DNA of 64,000 nt. Origin: a virus. Shown here one piece after another: positions 49,301-57,595 of the stretch (its first letter is position 1; every line of letters begins with the position of its first letter). The notes under the pieces are model-generated. The model was not told the DNA's origin. It was given only the letters and a program-made list of their open reading frames with translations, and did no database searches. The position numbers and the translations under genes were made by a program. Location of the stretch: positions 24,218 through 88,217 of IMG/VR virus record IMGVR_UViG_3300031576_000021; one strand, given 5' to 3'.

Positions 49301-49803
49301 ACTGCACCGACACCTTCATTGCCGATGGAGGCGCGCCCGTCGATCAAGGACCGCTGGTATCGCTGATGCTCGGCGGGGGGTTGCCATGGGACGACCGACA
49401 GTTTCTGATCCACAACGCCGCCGTCATGCGCGCCGACACGCGCCTCAAGCATGTCGTCGATCTTCAGGCGATGTACGACCGGGACCGCTCGCGGACGAGT
49501 GCGTGGCATAGTGACAGCACGCATCTCATCCTGCCCGGGGCGGGGTGGTGGGGCGGCAAGCTCGCCGGCTACGTGGGCACGCTCGCGAGCTGCGCCAAGC
49601 GGGCCGGGAACATCGAGACGGTGGTGCAGAAGTATTGCCGGGAGCCAGATGGGGACTGGCAATCCCCGGCCGTGGGATGCACGATCGCGAGCAACTGCAC
49701 GACCGGGAACAAGTGCGAGAATCGCGCCTGTACGACGAACGACGATAACGGGACGACGGGGTGCCCGCTCACGAGCCCGGTGGATTTCTGCAATGTGCCG
49801 TAA
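46303..49803 (+). CDS. Large exported Cys-rich protein with an interrupted SGNH/GDSL hydrolase domain
   Basis: Signal peptide; GIANSLGAG, EDGTND, DSTH; many CxxxxxCxxxxxC repeats. Confidence 0.65.
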   Translation: MRWLLACLVLWSRLVGAQTVSMISDIETARNAPTTSFEFREAGTVASVALIQGGRCYDASNGGAATSFNCLSFTPAASQTTHAVPQAREDVDIDLNLNTDFAVLTFAFHPQTPPATGSVTLAEWDMGTTNAGGQAGGVLLWNSDRTVTLTLGGTTIGTTVPLRERQCTGLPFQTCDGTAGQCPSTCETCNGTTGAGCAWVFFELIQRNTFGLGSETVTLDLWLNGEHLIDAVSTAFSMTAGTKIRRPVLGTKTTVTSASATWLVDAVRIGTGDGTLTAADARLGWGPIYTLHPTGQEAETNMAANACASTAAWTCLDDWTGGAAYGTAGSGTGDTARLREENDVGLFTFSTATITNPTAVGTVVVGRTSTDNFTFTFDQADAECPGCSIGPPTASATLDDSTTHLAWFVEARRTGPTGPWTQTRIDNYASRLRHLTETVDNAFLRVGALLAYVAHSNPDVVQPSNIPDRNGDGTKMVCGIANSLGAGTFSFVCKTDSAVACTQDDYAEWDSTKDKPLGGCDGDDTVTRTCTLRRAEANGGAGYVCTGTAPFACGDGSCTDNVCDNNQGVFCDDNFDCDGLGSCPAAADAECVPTCPEADGTTNYDRTCTTDANCLANERCASVHGSLKCIGDCPETGLASWTLQLCGQLPPDTVCASFAQGSERFPEYVLNRHARVRLGKLQGADTLVRGTGQCTCTVNGDCPGGGTCTSGVCVGGTACTDGDNCPTGTCDAPDCDVMVFEDGTNDSSDADHDPQCRVKRDYAGAPYVLPACQAWCATETTCDDHGDCTAVNGPDALCRGDIVGGISTNNGVHGTTGNACHVVTECVSNICWDADADSLGGRYHLGLCGCTVDTECPTGHVCRDADLGTGGTQGICRKSCTSNPDCGSGSCVTNVCLGTCSCPCSAKMCSEGTPCPTITAVTDAFGWVTAQTGECIAGRCANCGESLCELGPTQAVKNAGRKRTLALHRAAIKLVEQEPDATDPMLVFATTPLLSLTRPNCTDTFIADGGAPVDQGPLVSLMLGGGLPWDDRQFLIHNAAVMRADTRLKHVVDLQAMYDRDRSRTSAWHSDSTHLILPGAGWWGGKLAGYVGTLASCAKRAGNIETVVQKYCREPDGDWQSPAVGCTIASNCTTGNKCENRACTTNDDNGTTGCPLTSPVDFCNVP

Positions 49804-50238
49804 GGGCGACACGACCACGGACAAGCGCTGCGAGCTGAGCGGGGCGGATGCCTGCCCGGCGAGTGGGGATGCATGCCGGGTAGAATGAGGGATGAGGGAA
49901 GGACGTGCTAGCCCTCCTCCTGCGGCGTCTCTCCGCGGTGGTCGCGGCCATCTTGCGCCGGAAGCTCTATGCCCGGCCGCGGAACACCCTGCTCCGCGCC
50001 CGAACGAAGTCGACCCGACTTGTGGCCTATCGGCGCGCAGAGGATATAGATGCAGCGTGAGCATGGCTGAAGGTGGCTCGCAGGCGCTCGTCGGGGAACG
50101 CTGGTACCCCTGCGAGATTCTCCGGCCCCCCGGTCCGCACGGGCAGCACTATCTCGTACGGGTCCATGGGCTTGCGCCGCGCGGCTCCATCCACGAGCGG
50201 CCGATCACGCTCAAGCGGCGGGCCTCGCAGGTCAAGCC

Positions 50239-50547
50239 GTGATTTTCCAGGCACTGACCGAGCGGCCCCGGCCAGGGCCCCACTGGCGGTACGCGCTCGG
50301 CGAGGCAATCATCGAGGACGTACGGCGGTTGATTACCCGCCAACGCGGGACGGGGGCGCATCAGGACGCGCTCGCCTGGGTGCAGGCTACCGGCTCAGAT
50401 AGCTGGTTCTCGTTCGAGGGGGTCTGTGCGATGCTCAGGGTCGAACCCGACTACATCCGGCGGGGACTGCTCACGCTGGAAGCGAAATACGAGACGCAGG
50501 GCAAGCTGGAGCGGCCGGTCACATGGCGGGTCCGGGGCGCAGCGTAA
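50239..50547 (+). CDS. Phage hypothetical protein
   Basis: DALAWV...FSFEGVCAMLRVEPDYIRRGL. Confidence 0.6.
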   Translation: MIFQALTERPRPGPHWRYALGEAIIEDVRRLITRQRGTGAHQDALAWVQATGSDSWFSFEGVCAMLRVEPDYIRRGLLTLEAKYETQGKLERPVTWRVRGAA

Positions 50548-53507
50548 CCGCCGAGCAGCTCGTCGAGCTGGCGCAGGAAGTCCCGCTCCGCTTCCGCGAC
50601 GAGTTCTTCGAGACCATGCGTGCCGTCGCGACGGGCGACGTGGTCGAGGTGAAACGCCGGCTGCGGTGGCGCGAAGACCCGGTGCCGATGGAGCAATTCA
50701 TCGTCGACCCGTACTTCCTCGGCATGAAGGGCCAAGCGTACGACGAGATTGTCGCCCTATGCAGCGAGATCGACGTGAGCGAGTGCGAGGAGGTCATCCT
50801 CACGGGCGGATTGGGGTGGGGCAAAAGTTTCGCCTCGGTCATCCTGATGGCGCGGCAGGCGTATCTCTTCAACTGCCTCCGTGATCCCTGGGGCGAGTAC
50901 GAGATGACGCCCGGCTTTCCGATCGTCATCATTCAGCAGAGCGTGACGCGGGCGAAGGCGAAAGACGTCTTGTTTACTGGGCTCGCCGCGCGGCTTCGCA
51001 ACTCGCCATACTTCCAAGAGTGCTGCCTGCCCGATCCGAAGATCGAGAGCGAGCTGAAGTTCCCGAACGGGCTCGTCATCAAGCCAGTGGCATCGGGAGA
51101 CGCCGCCGCGATCGGCGAGAATTGCATCGCGGGCACGGTGGACGAAGTCAACTTCATGCGGCTGGTCGAGCGGTCGGCGCGGTCGCGTGACGGGCAGTCC
51201 TACGATCAGGCCACCGAGAGTTATCGCACGCTCGCCACCCGGCGCCGCAGCCGGTTCGTTAGCTACGGCAAACTGCCCGGCTGGATCGTGCTGGTCTCGT
51301 CCAGCCGGTATCCGAGCGACTTTACCGAGCAGAAGATGACCGAGGCCAAGGACGATCCGCGCATCTTCGTGCGGCGCTATTCCAACTGGGCAACGAAGCG
51401 GCACAAGTTCCAGGCCGAGGAGTTCACGTTCGCGCTGCCGACGGCCACCCAGCGTGGACGCATTCTCGACCCTGGCGAGACGACTGAGCAGCCGACCATT
51501 CAGGTCCCCGAGGATTTTCGCGAGGACTTCCAGAAGTACCCGGAGCAGTCAACGCGCGAGATCGCCGGGTTCCCGACGGAAGCCATCACCCCGTTCATCG
51601 CCCGGCGGGAGCTGCTCGCCGACATGGTGCGTCCCGAGTACCACCACCCGTTCGATGTCGAGTCGGGCACGATGCAAGACGGGATCAAGCTCCTCGTCGC
51701 GCACCTCCACAAGACGGCGCAGCCCCGCGCGTTGCACTTGGACCTGTCGAAGAATCGGGACGCAACCGGGCTGGTGTTCGGCTATGTGCGCAAGGTCGGC
51801 GTGTTTCATCGGACCAGTCTGGAAAGCGCTGCGGCCGAGAAAGCCGGCCGGCAGATCGTGACGGAAGAGACGCCGGATGGCCGGCGGTACGTCGAGCACG
51901 CACCGATCATCGTGATCGAGGGCATGCTGCGGATCACGGCGCCGCCGGGGGACGAGGTGCTGATCGAGGAGGTGTTGCAGCTCGTGTTCGAGATCAAGCG
52001 CCACGTCCCGCTGAAGTGGGTGACAAGCGATCAGTTCCAGAGTCTGCAAGCCCGGCAGATGTGCCGCGCTCGGGGGCTCATCACGGGTGAGGTCTCCGTC
52101 GATACCAGCGTCGAGCCGTACATGAACACGCGCATGGCGATCTACGACCGGCGGTTGGAGACGTACCACTACCCGGTGCTGCTGCGTGAGTTGGCGGCAC
52201 TCGAACGCGTCGACTCGGGCGGCAAGATCATGATCGATCATCCGCGTTGGGCGCTCGATGCTGACGGCAACCGGGTCGCTGGTTGCTTCGCAGGAGACAC
52301 ACGCGTGCGGCTGCTGGACGGTTGCGGCCCCACGTTCCACGATCTGGTCAAGGAATACGGCGACGGGCGTCCGTTCCACGTCTACACCATTCGTGACGGG
52401 AGCGTGTCGGTAGGGGTGGCGCATCACCCGCGGTGGACGAAGTATGCGCCCGTTGTGGAGGTGGAGCTGGACAACGGTCAGTGTATCCGATGCACGCCGG
52501 ATCACCCCTTCATGCTGCGGAATGGCACCTGGAGTGCGGCCGGGGATCTTGAGCCGGGCACGTCGTTGATGCCGCTCTACACCCGCGTGAGCGAGGGCCG
52601 CAGCCGTATGAATGGGTACGAGCTGTACTGCGACCCACGCGATGAGCGTTGGCACTTTACTCACCGCATGGTCGGTCGGTGGAAGTACCCAGATCATGGA
52701 TACACCGGCAACCAGAACGGGGCTGGCGTGATCCATCACAGCAAAGGCAAGCTGAACAACGATCCAGATGCCCTGATCTGGTTTGCGACGCAGGCAGAGC
52801 ACCGCGCTCTGCATGGACGGGAAATGCTTCGCTATCGAGCGAATCCCGAGTTCGAGGCACGGCGGCTCGTCGGTCTCCGGGCTTACAACGACGACCCGGT
52901 CAATCGGCAGGCGCAGGGGGATCGCCTGCGCTTGACTATGGGCCGCCCGGAGGTGCGGGCGAAGCGGGATGCAGCATCGGCGATCACCGGGCGCCGCACT
53001 GGGCCGGAGAACATGCGTCGGTACAACCAGAGTGCGAAGCACCGTCTCATTGCTGCGGAGATCGGGAAGCGAACCATCTGGCACGCCATCGAGGCGCGTC
53101 GGCGCCGGGATGTTACGGCAGATGAGGTGCCGGAGTGCCGGTTGCGGGGAATGACGAACCCGCAAATTGCGGCGGCGCTGCGGTGTTCCATCTCCCTGGT
53201 TGAACGGCGTATCGGACGCCTGCGTGCGGCTGGAGTGGTTATCCCGGCCAGCCCGTACCTGGTACGCAATCACAAGGTTGTGGCTGTGCGTCTCGCTGGA
53301 CTGGCCGATGTGTTCGATCTGACGGTGGATGGCACGGAGAATTTCGCGCTGGCGTCTGGCGTGTTCGTCCACAATTCCAAGGACGTTGCGGACGGCCTGG
53401 CGGGCGTGATCCATACGTTGAGCATGCGCCGCGACAGCTGGCGCCCCAGCGACGCGCCCGGCCGGCGCGACGACATCCACCGCAAGGCCGACATCGCCCG
53501 CCGCTAA
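50523..53507 (+). CDS. terL: Terminase large subunit with an HNH intein
   Basis: GGLGWGKS, VDEVNF, LHLDLS, SDQFQS; DHP...G|SKDVADG. Confidence 0.9.
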   Translation: MAGPGRSVTAEQLVELAQEVPLRFRDEFFETMRAVATGDVVEVKRRLRWREDPVPMEQFIVDPYFLGMKGQAYDEIVALCSEIDVSECEEVILTGGLGWGKSFASVILMARQAYLFNCLRDPWGEYEMTPGFPIVIIQQSVTRAKAKDVLFTGLAARLRNSPYFQECCLPDPKIESELKFPNGLVIKPVASGDAAAIGENCIAGTVDEVNFMRLVERSARSRDGQSYDQATESYRTLATRRRSRFVSYGKLPGWIVLVSSSRYPSDFTEQKMTEAKDDPRIFVRRYSNWATKRHKFQAEEFTFALPTATQRGRILDPGETTEQPTIQVPEDFREDFQKYPEQSTREIAGFPTEAITPFIARRELLADMVRPEYHHPFDVESGTMQDGIKLLVAHLHKTAQPRALHLDLSKNRDATGLVFGYVRKVGVFHRTSLESAAAEKAGRQIVTEETPDGRRYVEHAPIIVIEGMLRITAPPGDEVLIEEVLQLVFEIKRHVPLKWVTSDQFQSLQARQMCRARGLITGEVSVDTSVEPYMNTRMAIYDRRLETYHYPVLLRELAALERVDSGGKIMIDHPRWALDADGNRVAGCFAGDTRVRLLDGCGPTFHDLVKEYGDGRPFHVYTIRDGSVSVGVAHHPRWTKYAPVVEVELDNGQCIRCTPDHPFMLRNGTWSAAGDLEPGTSLMPLYTRVSEGRSRMNGYELYCDPRDERWHFTHRMVGRWKYPDHGYTGNQNGAGVIHHSKGKLNNDPDALIWFATQAEHRALHGREMLRYRANPEFEARRLVGLRAYNDDPVNRQAQGDRLRLTMGRPEVRAKRDAASAITGRRTGPENMRRYNQSAKHRLIAAEIGKRTIWHAIEARRRRDVTADEVPECRLRGMTNPQIAAALRCSISLVERRIGRLRAAGVVIPASPYLVRNHKVVAVRLAGLADVFDLTVDGTENFALASGVFVHNSKDVADGLAGVIHTLSMRRDSWRPSDAPGRRDDIHRKADIARR
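52284..53375 (+). other. Intein in TerL (364 aa, HNH-type endonuclease)
   Basis: CFAGDTRV, CTPDH, THRMV...IHH...NNxPxxL...H...H, VFDLTV...VFVHN|S. Confidence 0.9.
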
Positions 53508-53535
53508 GGCCCATTTCCCGCCCTTTGGGGGCCTC

Positions 53536-53564
53536 TTGACACAATCCCCTCCATAGGCGAAAAG
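53536..53564 (+). promoter_or_regulatory. Promoter TTGACA(CAA)-17-GAAAAG
   Basis: Near copy of the 3825 promoter (TTGACACAATC...AGGC.AAAAGGT). Confidence 0.6.
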
Positions 53565-53636
53565 GTATTCATCAGACCACCGTACGGGCTAAAGGAACGA
53601 CACATGGGCCGCACAACCAACAAGGGGGGATGCCGA

Positions 53637-54188
53637 ATGAATCAGTGGTTCAACGTAGACAAGGAAGGGCTGGCGAAAGTACTGGAGCGCCGCGGACGCG
53701 GCTTCGCGCTCCTCGAACTTCTGCAAAACGGCTGGGATACGAACGCGACCCGCGTCGAGATGACGCTGACACCGCAGCCTGGCAAGGCGGAAGTACGCGT
53801 CGAGATCCGCGACGACTGCCCGACCGGGTTTAAGAACCTGGAGCACGCCTACACGCTGTTTGCGGAATCGTGCCGCAAGGGCGATTCGACGAAGCGCGGC
53901 CGATTCAACCTCGGCGAGAAGCTGGTCCTGGCGTTGTGCCGGGAAGCCACCATCTCCTCGACGACGGGGTCGGTGGTGTTCTCGCACGATGGGACGCGAC
54001 GACGGCGGAAGGCCGGAGCCACGGCGACCGGCTCGTCGTTCGTTGGCTACATGGCGATGACCCGCGAGCAGCTGGCCGAAGCGCTGACGATCGTCCGGTC
54101 GGTGATCCCGCCGCCGGGGGTCGTGACGGTGCTGGACGTATCGGCTCGGGCGACCGAGTTGCAGACTGCGCCGCGCGGCGCTACGTGA
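53637..54188 (+). CDS. GHKL/HATPase_c domain protein, ATPase domain only (probably truncated)
   Basis: ELLQNGWD (N box), RDDCPTG, GRFNLGEK. Confidence 0.7.
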   Translation: MNQWFNVDKEGLAKVLERRGRGFALLELLQNGWDTNATRVEMTLTPQPGKAEVRVEIRDDCPTGFKNLEHAYTLFAESCRKGDSTKRGRFNLGEKLVLALCREATISSTTGSVVFSHDGTRRRRKAGATATGSSFVGYMAMTREQLAEALTIVRSVIPPPGVVTVLDVSARATELQTAPRGAT

Positions 54189-55430
54189 GCGGTGTGCCAG
54201 TCACGGGCGACGCGAGCGAACACGCGCACGTCCGTGCGGAAGAAGCGGCGATGGCGTACGGGCATGCGCTCGGGATCTGGCGCGAGACGGGCGAGGGGAC
54301 TGACAACGCCTGCGTGCTGTCGCGGTGCGGCGCTCGGGTCCGCGTACTGGCGGGCTACGCCAGAGGCGAGGCGTTGTCCAGACCGTGCCGGCACCCGCGC
54401 GACTACGAAACGACCGGCCCCCCGATCACCGACCACGTCGCCGAGACCCACGCCAAGGAGGCGCGCGAACGCGAGCAGGCCCGGGCTACCCTGGCGGCCC
54501 TCCCCGACGTGCCCCCGCCCGAACGCCGCCGGGTGCCCGCTACGGCCCGCCAGCTCCCAGCCCCTACCGATCCCACGACCCAGCCCCACCCGACGCTTCC
54601 TAGCGCCCCGCTGCGCGATTCGGCCCCTCAAACGAGGGCCCAAAAGACGCAGACCTCCGGGGCTGGGATCGCGGCAGCCCTACTCACCGGCCGTACCGTC
54701 ATGAACGTTGCCCACAGTCTCGGGGTCGGCGAGGATCGGGTACGGGTCATCTCGCGCGAGCTAGAGGCCGCCGGGAAGCTGACTGCCTGCGCGTGCGGGA
54801 AGCCGGTCCGTCATGCTGGCCGGTGCCGCACAAGCGAACGGCCCGAGGCGCCTACTCCCCGAGCCGTTGCCCAGAGTGCGCCGCGCGGCGCAACCGACGC
54901 CGAGATCGACGCGGCGCTGCTGTCGGGAAAATACCGCTCGGCCAAGGAAGTCCAGACCGCGCTGCATGTGCGGTCGTTTCGGTCCCAGGCACGCGCCCGT
55001 GCGCTTGCGGCCGAGGGGCGGTTGCAGCCGTGTGCCTGCGGGCTCCGCTTCGGACACAGCGGGCCGTGTAGTGCCCGGCTCCGCGCGGAGGCCGAGCACG
55101 CGGAGATCCCGCCGGCAGTCTCGGCACTCCCCGGGGCCGCGTCTCGGGGCCGTCCGCCGACCCATACCGTCGAACGCATGGCGTGTGAGCGCTGCGGCGT
55201 CGAGTTCGAGTTCAAAGGCGCATCGGCGTGAGCGGGAAGTACCGAATCGACGGCAGCGGTTCTGTAGTGCCTCGTGCCGAGTGCAGGGGCGGGCGATCCC
55301 TCCCGAGCTGATCCGCCCCGTGACCTGCGGGTGTGGACGGCCCTCCACACACGGCGGCCGGTGCGCCGCGCGGCACAAGCTGGGGTTCGCGCGCCGTATC
55401 GCATGGTTGCGCGACTTGCAGCGACCGTGA
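54185..55430 (+). pseudogene. Multi Zn-finger/HTH protein with an apparent one-base frameshift near 55214
   Basis: CxCGxxxxHxGxC three times; CERCGVEFEF joins ...FCSASC if one A is removed from TTCAAAGGCG. Confidence 0.5.
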
Positions 55431-55460
55431 TCTTGCACGGCCGGCATTCCGTGGTATGGC

Positions 55461-57251
55461 GTGGCTCGAGTGGGGCGGTCGAAGGACAGGAACGATGCCC
55501 GGGTCCGGGTCGTGCGGGTACCCGTGGCCGGCTACGCGACGAACAACGCGTTGCTCGGGTCCGGTGACGAGTCTCCGGGCTTCGTACCCGTTCCCGTGAG
55601 CGGGCGCCCGAAACGGTTGCAGCACGTCGAGAAGCGCGAGAGCAAGAAGATCCGCCAGTCGCGTGTCTCCCCCGGTCTGTTCGACAGCAAAATCATTCCG
55701 CCGCCGGTCGACCCAGGGCGCCTCCTAGAGATCGGTCTCGACAACTCGGTCCTACGCCAGTGCGTCGATGCCACCGTAGTCAACATCGATCTGTTCGGCT
55801 GGACGTTGGAGTACGCCGGCCCCGAGGGCCAGGAGGACACGCCAGACTCCAAGCAGGAGAAGGCCCGCTCGGAGACGTTCTTCCTCACCTGCAACCCGAA
55901 GCAGTCGTTCACATCGATCCGCGAGGCCGTGCGGTTCGATCGCGGATTCATGGGGACCGGATACTTCGAGTTCATCCGGGACGACTCCGGCGAGAATCTC
56001 GTCGGCATCGAGCACTTGCCGTCCCGGACGATGCGGATCTGCGAGGAAGATCCCGAGCCCGTGGACATCCAATGGACGATGGTTGGCGCGAACGGCGAGC
56101 TGGTAACCCGCCCGATCGCCATGCGCTTCCGACGCTACGTACAGATCGCCGGCAGCACGCGCGTCTGGTTCAAGGAGCTGGGCGATCCGCGCATCATCAG
56201 TGCGCGTGACGGCCGGGTGTACGAGGCCCTGCCGCCGGAAGAAGAAGCGACCGAAGTGCTCCACATGCGGACCTACTCGGCGACGGAGCCCTACGGCCTG
56301 GTGCGCTGGTTCGGCAATCTGCCCGCGGTGCTCGGCAGTCACCATGCCGACATGACGAACCTGAATTTCTGGAAGCGGTCGGGTATCCCGCAGCTGGCGA
56401 TCGTCGTCTCCGGTGGCGGTGTGACCACGAAGACGCTCGATCGCATCGAGTCGTTCTTCAAGCACGGGCCGGACCCCTCGAAGGCGTTCCACGACGTGTT
56501 GATTATCGAGGCGACGCCTGATCTCGACGATCAGAAGATGGACGAGAAGCCGGCCACCGTGCACGTGCAGCTGAAGCCGCTGCATAACGAGCGCATGACC
56601 GATGCCGTCTTTCCGAAGTACGACGAGGCGAATCGGACCAAGGTACGCTCGTCGGAACGCCTCCCGCCGGTTTTGATCGGGCTCGCCGATGATCACACGT
56701 TCAACAGCACGCTCGGCGCCCGCACCACAGCTGAGGAGCAGGTGTTTCAGCCGGAACGCAGTGGGTTCGACGAAACGATCAACCTGCGCGTGATGCCGTT
56801 GCTGAAGGTGTTCCGGTGGAAGTTCGTCACGAACGGCCCGATGGTGGGCGACGTCGAGGCGTTCACGCAGGCCATGATTCGCTTCAACGAGGTCGGCGCG
56901 ATGACGCCCAACGTGGCGCGGACGATCAGCAACGAGATGCTCGGCACGACGTTTAAGACGATTGAGGAGCCGTGGGGAGACGTGCCGTTTGCGCTGACGG
57001 TTGCGCAGCAGCAGCCGCGTCCGGAGGAGCCAGGCGAGCCGCTCGACAAGGGAAAGCCGGATGAGGTCGCGGTCGAGAAAGGCGATGACGTCGTATCGCT
57101 CGTCGGCCGTGCATTCGGCGGCGACGACGCCGCAGTGGCGGATCTCGGCAAGCAGTTGCAGAAGGCCCTGCGGACGAAGGCCGCTGTTGTGGTCAGTATC
57201 GATCGCGGCAAGACGGTGTTGAAGGGCGGCAAGCGCGCCGTACGGCGATGA
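55461..57251 (+). CDS. Portal protein (PBSX-like)
   Basis: GTGYFEFIR, FKELGD, EVLH...YGLVRW, RLPPVLIG, TPNVAR; position after TerL. Confidence 0.9.
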   Translation: MARVGRSKDRNDARVRVVRVPVAGYATNNALLGSGDESPGFVPVPVSGRPKRLQHVEKRESKKIRQSRVSPGLFDSKIIPPPVDPGRLLEIGLDNSVLRQCVDATVVNIDLFGWTLEYAGPEGQEDTPDSKQEKARSETFFLTCNPKQSFTSIREAVRFDRGFMGTGYFEFIRDDSGENLVGIEHLPSRTMRICEEDPEPVDIQWTMVGANGELVTRPIAMRFRRYVQIAGSTRVWFKELGDPRIISARDGRVYEALPPEEEATEVLHMRTYSATEPYGLVRWFGNLPAVLGSHHADMTNLNFWKRSGIPQLAIVVSGGGVTTKTLDRIESFFKHGPDPSKAFHDVLIIEATPDLDDQKMDEKPATVHVQLKPLHNERMTDAVFPKYDEANRTKVRSSERLPPVLIGLADDHTFNSTLGARTTAEEQVFQPERSGFDETINLRVMPLLKVFRWKFVTNGPMVGDVEAFTQAMIRFNEVGAMTPNVARTISNEMLGTTFKTIEEPWGDVPFALTVAQQQPRPEEPGEPLDKGKPDEVAVEKGDDVVSLVGRAFGGDDAAVADLGKQLQKALRTKAAVVVSIDRGKTVLKGGKRAVRR

Positions 57252-57595
57252 CGCTGCGCGAGCTGGAGGCGGAGTTCTATCGATACGTCGACGAGCAAGA
57301 CGGCCGCATTCTCTGGAGGCTAGTCGAGACACTCGCGCAGGCGCATGGGGTCATGTTCCTGTGCCCGAAGTGTTACCAGGAGAACGGCGGCGCAGTGGGC
57401 ACGCATCGCGTGATATGTTGGTCGCGCTCGCGTGGCGTCCCGGATGAGGCGCAGCCGAAGCCCGGTCGGTGGCCGCTACTCGGCACCGGGCTCGACGATC
57501 TAACGCTGGACGGTGATCCCCCAGGTACTGCGTCGGTGCTACTCACGAACGGGTGCGGCGCGCATTTCTTCGTCAAGAACGGCGAGGTATGCTGA
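57248..57595 (+). CDS. Small Cys/His protein (DUF6527-like)
   Basis: FLCPKC...H...W...LTL...SV...GC..HFFVKNG. Confidence 0.6.
   Translation: MTLRELEAEFYRYVDEQDGRILWRLVETLAQAHGVMFLCPKCYQENGGAVGTHRVICWSRSRGVPDEAQPKPGRWPLLGTGLDDLTLDGDPPGTASVLLTNGCGAHFFVKNGEVC

Noticed and set aside
42850-49803. Diversity-generating retroelement or invertible fibre cassette
   Set aside because: No reverse transcriptase, invertase or adenine-variant repeat pair was seen
46276-50064. 1262-aa minus-strand ORF, and similar ones at 51549..53480, 55752..57332 and 60992..62776
   Set aside because: Antisense shadows of GC-rich genes with no recognisable motifs, unlike the two ORFs inside the MuF inteins
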